Shown piece after piece: positions 53,166-64,000 of a stretch of DNA of 64,000 nt (the stretch's first letter is position 1; the number at the start of each line of letters is the position of its first letter). The DNA is taken from assembly GCA_030141605.1 (NCBI GenBank), contig JAQGDQ010000631.1:58320-122319 (forward strand). The letters are read 5' to 3'. This stretch comes from Tubiluchus corallicola (taxonomy: Eukaryota; Animalia; Priapulida). Position numbers and translations under genes: made by a program. The notes below the pieces were generated by a model. It was given only the letters and a program-made list of their open reading frames with translations. It was not told the DNA's origin and ran no database searches.

Positions 53166-53374
53166 CATTTCAATATTTGTATAGCTGTAATCATTTAAAC
53201 TAATATCCACGATTTGTCCATTTAAGGCGGGAAAGTGGTCAGTCACATTGTGGCGTATATTCAGTGCAAGACCGTGGTCAGTATTGACCAGTTAAAGGGA
53301 ATAGGACCCTATCCTAATCAATATATTCTAACGTATATTATTGAAAGCGTGAGTAATTGTTTTAAAAGCGACTT

Positions 53375-53422
<48 letters not shown>

Positions 53423-53832
53423 CGTTATTTGCCATTAAAATACATTGATAATCACTGATAAAAACTTTACAGAGATGATCAATCAGTGTTAGTTAATAAA
53501 AACTTACACTGCTAAAGGCAAACGCGTCAGTGCAATCTAAACTACTGTGCAGTAATGGATAGTAACGACGAATAAAATCAAACATATTTACTACTTTGCA
53601 CAAAAAATGAAAAAAACTATGATTTAATTAATATGGCCGCGGATACATAAATTCTGAATTAGTGTGTATGTTGTCGTATTGGTGTGATGGTATTTCATAT
53701 CTGGTTATTATTAGTGATTTTAATTTTGTTTTAAATGCTGATAGGGGACTTGATTTGTTTAACCTGTAATGGTAGAGAATTGCAAAGTGATAGACTCTTA
53801 TTACTATCGAAGTTAAATTTCACTTTCTTTAA

Positions 53833-54580
53833 AGGAAAATGGGATTCAATCTCAAACTGCAGCTCAAAACAATATACCCTATAGAGAACTGAAAGAGAAC
53901 ATAGTGTATTTCTTCAAGAATGACTTACGCAAGAGAATTATTATCACTTCGCGTTCGCGTGGCTAGTTCTTCTCTGTCACGATAATTAGACGGGCACTAG
54001 CACTAAGGAACACAAAACCAGGTGCTGTACCTTTCAGTTCAGATGTGTAATAGTTTGTTTGATCGTTCGACAGCTCATGCGTAAGCAGTGTGATAAATTT
54101 GAATTTAAATTTTTATCTTAAAACTTGCCGTTAATGTTAAGTTATGACGTAGCACACACGTTCGACAGCTCATGCATGAGCTGAAATCTTAACTTGAAAT
54201 TTGCCGTTTTTTAGTAAAAAACACTGAATATCTTACAGCAGCAATGTACTTCAAAAACAGGCGCTGTACCCCTCAGTTCAGATCTTGTTTAGTTGTGACG
54301 TAGTGCACACGTATGATAGCTCGTGCGTAAATACAGCGGTAAACTTGCGCTATTTGAGATTTTGTACGCAACGCTGAGTCTTGTATTACGAAGTAACGCG
54401 GTACTTTAGTTTTCGCTTTTGCAAACACGTGCAACGCGCTCGTTGAATGTTTGTGCCGATATGACGTCATCACAAATTTAACTCACCGGTGTTTTTGGCA
54501 TATTATTTAATTGTCAGAAACACTTTTTCCATCATTATAGTTGTTATAATGCAGAATTCTCACCGTACTTCAAAATGGGA
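53833..54580 (+). mobile_element. Kolobok-like family A, rearranged copy with internal duplications
   Basis: TTAA-AGGAAAA start. The block CAGTTCAGA...TGACGTAG.CACACG...AGCTC.TGC appears about three times. Confidence 0.7.
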
Positions 54581-55619
54581 TCTGAGGATATTTCCTGAAC
54601 TTCAAGCACCAGGTGGCAGTAGTATAAGACAAGTAAAAGGTGTGAGCGTAGCACTGACGCGGCAAAGCTTAATGTGTGAATTGAGGCGCTAATTTTTGTT
54701 ATTATGTTTGTCAAATATTTGTATTTTTTGTTGTCTTAGTGCTGCATGTGTTCCATCTTTGAGCCAACCATTTGCCGCTATGATGTAAGCAATTAAGAAA
54801 ATTACACCACCCCTTTTTTGAACTTCTACTAAATTTGCGTTCACACGTCAGTGAATGTGCTATAATATTGTGATGCCGTCTACGATAGCGAGGATTCATA
54901 ATTAACTAAGGAAAATTATAAAAAAGAAAAGAAAGAAAAACAGTAAAATGAAACACTTAACAACAGTTTATAGCTGACATTTACGCGTTGAGCCGAAATG
55001 CAAACCAAAGGGTTAAACCAAAAATGACTGAATCACGACTGACTTAATAACAGCAACCAATAAGAGAAAAACAAAATGAAAACCGAAGCAGAACATGGCC
55101 GAGAACGCACTGCCCTCGAATCTACGAGAACAGGTTACACGCTCGTGAAAATTGGCCTAGAAAACTGAGCTCTCATTGGCCCAGGCAATTTTACATTCAA
55201 TACACTACATTTTCACGAAGCTCGTGACGGTTTAATTCTGCCACAATACTTTAGCTTGCATTTTTACTATTTAATTAGCTATGTATTTTGCATTTGTGTA
55301 TTTTTTGCTACACCATATTTTGTTTCGACTTGTTAGGCTCAAACTTTATGTATGTTTTTCTTAATTTGCAGATTAAACGAAATACTACAAAAAAGTTGTG
55401 AATAGATGGGATAAGAAAAATCAACCTCTTTTCCTTTAAATTTAAAGAAACTCCCAATTTCAATTTATTTATTCTCATCACGCTTTTGTTCGACCCGCTT
55501 TCTTCCTCTTATTCTGCAAGTCCAATCGTGCAATTCGTCTATAACTGAAATTTCGCTACAATTTTTTCCACCATTTTAAACCCCTTTAGTCATTCATCAA
55601 CACTGGAGTTAAGTTCCAT

Positions 55620-55701
55620 CATGATCATCAGCAGCAGCAACAGAAAAAACAGCAACAGTAGCAACAGCAACAATAGCAACAACAGTAGCAACAGCAACAG
55701 G

Positions 55702-55771
<70 letters not shown>

Positions 55772-55841
55772 TAATGATCATCATCATCACTAGCATCAGC
55801 AGCAGCAACAGAAAAAACAGCAACAGCAGCAGTAACAACAA

Positions 55842-55876
<35 letters not shown>

Positions 55877-56226
55877 ACAACATAATTATCATCACTATCA
55901 CTAGCATCAGCAGCAGCAACAGAAAAAACAGCAACAGCAGCAGTATCAACAACAACAGCAACAGCAGCAATAGTAGCAACAGCAACAACAGCAACAGCAG
56001 CAACAACAACATAATGATCATCATCATCACTAGGATCAGCAGCAGCAATAGAAAAACAGCAACAGCAGCAGTAACAACAACAACAACAGCAACAACAGCA
56101 ACAGAAGCAACAGTAGCAACAGCAACAACAACATTATTATCATCATCGTCTTCGCCGTCGTCGTCATCATCAACATCGCCATCATCTGCAGCAACAACAG
56201 CAGCAGCAGTAGTAAACCATATGATA
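55620..56226. repeat. Compound CAA/CAG/CAT repeat with higher-order units of about 120 bp
   Basis: ATCAGCAGCAGCAACAGAAAAAACAGCAACAG recurs four times. Confidence 0.9.
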
Positions 56227-56244
56227 TGTTTTTCAAAAACATAA

Positions 56245-56848
56245 CAATGGAACTGCAGCACCCCTTATTTTCACTCAATATTCTCGATAATATTTAATAT
56301 AATAATAAATCTTTTTTCTTTAGTTCTTTCTTTATGCATCTATGATCTAGAGCACGTGAGGGTAGTACTGTTTGCTTCACAGCCCAGCACAGTGAGCACC
56401 AGCTACGTGGTGTTTGACTGTTGTGCGCATGCGGCCATGTGTACATGTGTAAACCCAAGTAGAGAAAGTACTGTCCCTCACACAGATTGTTGTCAGTTGT
56501 CACGTGCTTACCGCGAATGGATCAAGCTTGAGCTGCATTGCTAGTATCTGCTGCTAGGTAGAGAAAGTACTGTCCTTCACACAGTTTGTTGTCAGTTGTC
56601 ACGTGTTTACCGTGAATGGATCAAGCTCAAACTGCGACAATTAGGCTTATTAGTAAACAAAAATTATTTTTGTTTAGGATTTTATCAAGTTTATGTACGT
56701 TTGTTTGTTTAAAATTACAATTACAAATTACAACATTAAAATTACATGATATGATTGTTTCGTTTTACACAGTATTAAAACAAAGGTTAAAAGTTTTCTG
56801 AAGCAGCACCCCCCCCCCAGTAATTTTAGCTACTACGAGGCGCCACTG
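56245..56848 (+). mobile_element. hAT-like MITE lacking its left TIR (the left end of the family is seen at about 27619-27730)
   Basis: TGGAACTGCAGCACCCC-TATT...TTTTTTCTTTAGTTCTTT is shared with about 27645-27725. The right end ACGAGGCGCCACTG complements CAGTGGCGGCTCGT at 27619. Confidence 0.6.
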
Positions 56849-57117
56849 GAGCTAACTGAGTAAAGTTGCTAAATTAGTTCTACATCTTTGCCTGTGTTCA
56901 GGAGGCATATAATCTGCAGTTGATTGAGAAAATTACAGAAACTCTCTCTCTCTCTCATCTCCTCTCTTATACTTTCCTTTTCGCTTGTGCCGTAAAGTGA
57001 TAAAAGCTTTTCTTTAACAAAACGCTATTGTGATTAAAAGAAGTATTGAGTTGGTAAGCGGATGTGGTTTTATTACTTAGTCCGACTAGTGTTAGCTGGG
57101 TTGGGTGAAACGACAGT

Positions 57118-57256
57118 CGTGTCACGTGGTGGTCACTTATGACGTCATCACTTATGACGTGTCACGTGGTGATCACTTATGACGTTATCACTTATGACGT
57201 GTCACGTGGTGGTCACTTATGACGTGTCACGTGCTGGTCACTTATGACGTCATCAC
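57118..57256. repeat. Short tandem array of E-box and CRE-like motifs
   Basis: GTGTCACGTGGTGGTCACTTATGACGT repeated, with four GTCACGTG and several TGACGT(CA). Confidence 0.85.
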
Positions 57257-57329
57257 AAACGTCAGTCCAATATGGTAGACTTTAAATATAAAGCGTATTG
57301 TTCACCATTGTAAGAAAAATAGATTAGAT

Positions 57330-58280
57330 CGGGGTGAAATGCTCTGGGTTCGACTGGATTGGGTTGGAAAGGGTTAGGCTAGAATTGGAATGGGTTTATG
57401 TTACGTTATGTTGTGTTGTGTTGTGTTGTGTTGTGCTGTGCTGTGCTGTGCTGCACTGCACTGCGCTGCGCTTCACTGCTTTGCGTTGCGTTGCGTTGCG
57501 TTGCGTTACGTTGCATTACGTTACGTTACGTTACGTTACGTTACGTTACGTTACGTTACGTTACGTTACGTTACGTTACGTTACGTTACGTTACGTTACG
57601 TTATGTTATGTTATATTGTGTTATGTTGTGCTATGCTGTGCTGTGCTATGCTACGTTACATTACGTTACGTTACGCCATGCTACGCTGCACTATGCTACG
57701 CTATGCAATGTAACACTATGCCATGATACGCTGTGCAATGCAACGCTATGTCATGCTACGCTACGCCACACTACGTTATATTACGTTATGCTACGTTACG
57801 TAATGCAATGTTATGTTGTGTTATGTTAGGTTAGGTTAGACTAAGTGAGGTTAGGTTAAGTTAGGTAAGGTTAGGTTAGGTTAGGTTAGGTTAGGTTAGT
57901 TTAGGTTAGGTTAGGTTAGGTTAGGTTAGGTTAGGTTAGGTTAGGTTAGGTTAGGTTAAGTGAGGTTAGGTTAGGTTAGGTTAGGTTAGGTTAGGTTAGG
58001 TTAGGTTAGGTTAGGTTAGGCTAATTGAGGTTAGGTTAGGTTAGGTTAGGTTAGGTTAGGTTAGGTTAGGCTAGGCTAGGCTAGGCTAGGCTAGGCTAGG
58101 CTAGGCTAGGCTAGGCTAGGCTAGGCTAGGTTAGGTTAGGTTAGGTTAGGTTAGGTTAGGTTAGGTTAGGTTAGACTAGATTAGATTGAATTCGATTAGG
58201 CTGAGTTTAGTTGGACTACGTTCGAATTGGATTGAGTTGGATCGGAGTAGATTGGATTAGATCGTATGGGACTGGATTCA
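57330..58280. repeat. Compound pentanucleotide microsatellite including (ACGTT)n, (TTAGG)n and (CTAGG)n
   Basis: Near-continuous 5-bp periodicity with a changing motif. Confidence 0.95.
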
Positions 58281-58984
58281 CAGCCAGAGTAACTAGTTCA
58301 CAATAGACAGTAAATCAATCCCAGTAACTGTTGTAGAGTTCACAATAACTTGCCAACAGTAACTCACAACGCTGTTCACACTTGCAAGTGTGAACGCGCA
58401 GCAAGTTCTACAATTATTCAACCAGAGAATGCATTTAAACACTATATCGCTGGATTCTCCAAAACATCAAAAATTTCGGTCATTGCGCAAGTCTCTGCGC
58501 ATGCGTATTTGCTAAACGAATACCGTCTCTTGCTTTTGATTGAGTCCATTAATAGAAACCCAGTCTGAGAAATAAATTCACAACAAGATAAGACGATTTA
58601 ATATGTACTTGTAGCACTACAGGGCAGAGAAAAGTGCTTTTTACCTTCTTCTAATTAACCGCTTCTCTTTGAAATTCAACGCCTTTTGATCACATGCTCT
58701 GCCATTTCGCGTCTGTCCTAATTAATCTACTCTGCTGCAGTTCAAGATGAGGATGCAGTTCGGTCATAATAGTAATTTTAGGGTAATTTTAATAAGGTAC
58801 CCTGACAATCAATTCTTGTTCTGATTCTGGTCACGGCAGCTTGTTCAATGATATGACACGTTGTGGTTCGCTTAATGATGCAATGCTAGTCAGTAATGAG
58901 ACAGCAGGAGAGAGAATGGCAGTCATCAAGGGTTTGAGCAATTTACTTGCGTTTTAATGTATTAGTTTAGAAAAGTGATTTGGC

Positions 58985-58997
58985 TGTGTGTGTGTGT

Positions 58998-59061
<64 letters not shown>

Positions 59062-59193
59062 ACGCACGTGTGCGTGTGCGTGTGTGTGTGTGCGTGTGCG
59101 TGTGTGTGCGTGTGTGCGTGCATGTGTGTGTGTGTGTGTGTGTGAGTGAGTGTGCGTGTGTGTGTGTGTGTGTGCGTGTGTGTGTGTGAGTGA

Positions 59194-59280
<87 letters not shown>

Positions 59281-59418
59281 CGTGCGCGTGCGTGCGTGCG
59301 TGTGTGTGTGTGCGTGCGTGTATGTGTGTGTGTGTGTGCGTGTGTGTGTGTGTGTGTGTGTGCGTGTGTGTGTGTGTGCGTGTGTGTGTGTGTGTGTGCG
59401 TGTGATAGTGTGTGTGTG
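58985..59418. repeat. (TG)n / (TGCG)n microsatellite
   Basis: Directly visible. Confidence 0.97.
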
Positions 59419-59422
59419 GCAC

Positions 59423-59518
59423 TATCATATGGTTTGTTACTGCTGCTGCTGTTGTTGCTGCAGATGATGATGACGTTGATGATGACGGCGACGATGATGA
59501 TGATAATTATGTTGTTGT

Positions 59519-59592
<74 letters not shown>

Positions 59593-59925
59593 ATGTTACT
59601 GCTGCTGATGCTGGTGATGATGATGATGATGATGATTATGATGATGGTGTTGATGGTGGTAGTAGTGGGGGTGGCGGTATTTATGATGATAATGTCGACA
59701 ACAATGCTAGTGATAATGAAAATAAGGTTGACGTTAATGTCAATGACGATCTTGATTGTAAGATGAGAATAATGATAATGAAAATAGTGATGACGATGAT
59801 GGTGATGGTTCGACAACAATGATGTGATGATGATGACGGTGATGGTGATGGTTCGACAACAATGATGTGATGATGATGATGGTGATGGTTCGACAACAAT
59901 GATGTGATGATAATGATGATGATAC
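59423..59925. repeat. TTG/CTG/ATG compound repeat whose first part is an inverted copy of about 56000-56226
   Basis: TATCATATGGTTT...ACTGCTGCTGCTGTTGTTGCTGCAGATGATG is the reverse complement of about 56169-56225. Confidence 0.85.
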
Positions 59926-60544
59926 AGCTAGTTCACACAGTATCACTGTAAGGTCTGTTTCTTTCTTTGGGATTCCATTTTTCTGTAATGCAATTCTTTT
60001 TCTTTATTTTCTTTTGACCACATTGCCAGTAATTTGCAACAAGTAGTTAAACTGTTATCTAAGTTAAAATAAGAGAAATAATCACGGCACCTCGGCTGCT
60101 ACGCCAACCTGAAGCCATAGCAATTAATAACAGACATAATACGAAAACCCAAGTGAAGTAATTATTATGTCTCGTCAAGTTTTTGCCCACCGCCAGTGCT
60201 AAACAGACAGTGAACACTTTAACCTCAGCTAATCTTTCTAACTACTGAAGCCAAGTTCTTTCAATTAGCCTGGCTTCGTCTAACGAGGTTTCTATTTTTG
60301 CTTCGATAATAATTTTTTTTACCCGCAAATCGAACGAAATTGCCGACTGCTGTTTCTGCAAACAAGCAAGTTTGCTATTAAAGTAAAAGTCAACGCTAAT
60401 TTTCCCACTGCTAAGCTGAACTGCCTTGTGGGTAAATTAAAGGGCGATGCCAAATTTGGGGGGGGGGGGCGGGTAATTAATTTGGTAGTCAGCAATTAAG
60501 ATCTAGTTATACAAATGCATAATAGTCCATTTTTATTACAGCAT

Positions 60545-61985
60545 TAAAACTTTTACATTAAAAAGTTAAAATCATGCCAAACGTTTCGACCAGCTGCTGT
60601 TGTCATCATCAGTGGTAAATTTACAAACATACAACCAGTTTATATAGGCAGAGCCCATTATGCACTAATTAAGTAGTTCAAAGAAGCCAAACAGGTAATG
60701 AATATCTAGACCAATAAATAAATTGATACAGTAAATTAAGCAAAAATTATGTATTTACAAAAAGTCAAATGGGTAAACAGACCTACAGAACAGAAATTGA
60801 TACAGTAAATTATGCACTAATTATGTATTTACAAAAACTCAAATAGGTAATGATTAAGCAGACCTGTAGAAAAAAAATTGATACAGTAAATTATGCACTA
60901 ATTATGTATTTATAAAAAGCCAAATAGGTAATGATTAAGCAGACTTGTAGAAAAAAAATTGATACAGTAAATTATGTACTAATTATGTATTTATAAAAAG
61001 TCAAATAGGTAATGAGTAAGCAGACCTGTAGAAAAAAAATTGATACAGTAAATTATGCACTAATTATGTATTTATAAAAAGCCAAATAGGTAATGATTAA
61101 GCAGACCTGTAGAAAAGAAATTGATACAGTAAATTATGTACTAATTATGTATTTATAAAAAGTCAAATAGGTAATGAGTAAGCAGACCTGTAGAAAAGAA
61201 ATTGATACAGTAAATTATGCACTAATTATGTATTTATAAAAAGCCAAATAGGTAATGATTAAGCAGACTTGTAGAAAAAAAATTGATACAGTAAATTATG
61301 TACTAATTATGTATTTACAAAAAGCCAAATAGGTAATGATTAAGCAGACCAGTAGAAAAGAAATTGATACAGTAAATTATGCACTAATTATGTATTTACA
61401 AAAAGCCAAATAGGTAATGATTAAGCAGACCAGTAGAAAAGAAATTGATACAGTAAATTATGTACTAATTATGTATTTACAAAAAGCCAAATAGGTAATG
61501 ATTAAGCAGACCAGTAGAAAAGAAATTGATACAGTAAATTATGCACTAATTATGTATTTACAAAAAGCCAAATAGGTAATGATTAAGCAGACCAGTAGAA
61601 AAGAAATTGATACAGTAAATTATGTACTAATTATGTATTAACAAAAGCCAAATAAGTAATGATTAAGCAGACCAGTAGTAAAGAAATTGATACAGTAAAT
61701 TATGTACTAATTATGTATTAACAAAAGCCAAATAAGTAATGATTAAGCAGACCTGTAGTAAAGAAATTGATACAGTAACAAATAGCTAAGTGTTTGAAAA
61801 TAAAGTTAATAGAATTGAACTACTTTGTACATTAAGAGAAGGCTTATTAAGGTACATAGATAAACGTTCTTTTATTAATAAGACTTTGACAAGTGTTTGA
61901 AAATAAAGTTAATGGAATTGAACTGCTTTGTACATTAAGAGAAGGCCTATTAGGGTACATAGATAAATTTTCTTTTATTAATAAG
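60545..61985 (-). mobile_element. Second hammerhead-capped 81-bp satellite element (about 13 units)
   Basis: Reverse-complement homologue of about 29600-31500: spacer (duplicated at about 61780-61985), array at about 60720-61777, terminal hammerhead region. Confidence 0.8.
60568..60622 (-). ncRNA. Minimal type I hammerhead-ribozyme-like motif, best-preserved copy
   Basis: Minus strand reads AAAUUUA-CCA-CUGAUGA-U-GAC-AACAGCAGCUG-GUC-GAAAC-GUU-UGG-CAUGAUUU: stem I CCA/UGG, stem II GAC/GUC, palindromic AACGUU. Confidence 0.72.
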
Positions 61986-62609
61986 TGGCAGTCATTCGGA
62001 GCTCTGGTCACAATGCTGAAATTATTAAAATCAGCTTAGTGGCCAGAAGCCCAAATATGGTCATTAATGCTGGATTGAGGAGAATTTTTTAATTTTTTGA
62101 AAGTTCTAGACGAAATACCCAAATGTTCACAAATTCTTAGTTTAAACTGTGTGGATGTTTTGCCATTTATAATAGCATTACAAACAATAGGTGGCAGCAG
62201 TTGCAGTTTTTTGTTTTAGTTCTTTTTCTATTGTTGTGAAATTTTAGTTTTTTCTACAGGCCTCATTTCGTGCGTATGTGGTTGGTAGCCGTTAATTAAC
62301 TTTCCAAGGTAATTCAAATATTACTAACAATTGCTAACTTTTATAGGCAAGAAAATGCATATTTTGTACTGGAAATTAAAACGAGATTGAGTCTGATAAA
62401 TCGTGCGGTCTTCCTTTAAGTTAAATGTAACTTATTAACTTGAAGTTTTTACTATATAAACTAAGTTATCTAAAACTGTCTACCTTTTAATGAACTTTTC
62501 ACGGAACGTGTATCAAATTCTGATATACACTCATGTAAAATGATTTGTCTATTCTATTTTAATGCATACACCATTGCACATATAAAGTTTGAAATGTGCA
62601 CAAAACGGA

Positions 62610-63704
62610 CTCAATCTTAAACTGTAGATCAAAACAATCTGCTCTTTAAAATAATGAAAATTAATATACCATTTTTTTTTCAAAAATGACTTACGTGAAA
62701 GAATTATCACACAATTTCGCGTTCAAGCCACTAGTTCTTTGCTGTTACATATTTTACATCATTCGTTAGTTAGACAGGCGCTAGCGCCTGCATTTCAAAA
62801 ATGCGTTGCACAAAAAACAAGTGCTGTACCTCTCAGTTCAGATGCGTTAGTTTGTGTCGAACTGCACAACTTCGACAGCTCATGCGTGAGCACAGCGGTA
62901 AATTCGAGATTTGAATTTTTATCTTAAAACTTGCCTAGTTTTAGTACAACACACTGAATATCTTACAGTAGTATCTTACAATATCTTAATGTACTTCAAT
63001 TTTCGTTTTCGTAACCATCGTGGAATATTTTTGCAGCTAAAATTATGTTCGTTTGTGACGTCATCAATAGTTGGGCTCGCGCTCAGTTAATTAAGTTTTC
63101 AATCTATTATTTAATCATCAGAAACGCTTTTGCAGCCCTAACCACGGCCTATTTCAGGGGGGAGTGGGGATACATCCCTGGGGCCTCACCCTCCAGGGGT
63201 GCCTCGTTTTAAAAAATATCAGAACCGTCAATCGTTCGACGATGACCCAGTATGGGTTAAACGGTCTATCAAATATTCGAATGAATGTGGATGTAGCAAG
63301 GGGCCTTGATTTTAACGAGTTAATTGACAACTTTGCGAAACAAAAAGTCAGAAGATGGCTTGTACGGAAGTGAGAGTACGGTATTACATATTGCAAACAT
63401 GTTGTTTTTGATTTGACTATTTGACAAGTATTAAGGACTGGTCTTGAGAATAAAGCAGTTTTTCTTTCAATTGTTCTTTCCTTTAACAACTGTATAACTC
63501 CATATTTTCTCTTCGAAAATGCTTCTCCGGCGTTCTAGCAGTTCAAAAATTTTCTGGGCGCCAACCATGGTGCCCCCCCCCCCGAGAGGGCCTCACACGC
63601 TCCACTTCCCCGGGCCTCGCTTAGGCTGAAATAGGCCCTGGTCTTAACAATCTTAAAATGTATACTTTTTATTGGACTTGAAAATGTATATAAAAAATCA
63701 TCCT
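62610..63704 (+). mobile_element. Kolobok-like family A copy interrupted by a hAT-like MITE
   Basis: Family A sequence at 62610-63134 resumes at about 63649 and ends TCCT-TTAA. Confidence 0.75.
63143..63640 (-). mobile_element. hAT-like MITE nested in the Kolobok-like element
   Basis: TIR CACGGCCTATTTCA / TGAAATAGGCCCTG, degenerate TSD GCCCTAAC / GTCTTAAC, shares one end with 25773-26692. Confidence 0.85.
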
Positions 63705-64000
63705 TTAACGTTATTTACAAAAACAATTATACTGTCATAGATATTTTTCTAGTAAGTGACGTCATGGAGAAACAATTTTATTGCTTTACTTTTAAATACA
63801 AAATAACAATAATGTACTGCCTTTAACACTGTATGTTCTTCGTTGTTTGATTTTAGACACAAAATTAAAATGTATAGCCAATGCGTTAAAATTTATTTGG
63901 CACTTGTCAGGGCGCCTATTTTATGTGCTTGCTACCCCTAACATTACAACCTGGATACGCCCCCCGATTTTACATGCTGAATATTGTAACATGACCCGTC

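Overview
AT-rich, repeat-dense eukaryotic DNA, most likely from an invertebrate animal. Two protein-coding genes are well supported, each with an uninterrupted ORF: a secreted, probably GPI-anchored leucine-rich-repeat protein (9660-10859) and a Golgi type II carbohydrate sulfotransferase of the HNK-1ST/CHST8-14 family (22477-23946). Most of the remainder is non-autonomous mobile DNA and tandem repeats: piggyBac-like, hAT-like and Kolobok-like MITEs with readable TIRs and TSDs, LINE 3' tails and microsatellites. The strongest unexplained signals are: (i) two 81-bp satellite arrays, each capped by a Penelope-type minimal hammerhead-ribozyme motif, plus a separate head-to-head hammerhead pair; (ii) three copies of a SINE with a 5S rRNA head and an RTE-type tail; (iii) a piggyBac-like MITE present once with 2 copies and once with about 175 copies of a 24-bp unit; (iv) a 37-bp array whose unit is a near-consensus CTCF site; (v) the LRR-GPI gene sitting between a 72-bp array and telomere-like repeats. 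Nearly all other ORFs in the track are repeat artefacts. Coordinates and copy numbers were read by eye, and family assignments come from recalled hallmarks, not database searches.
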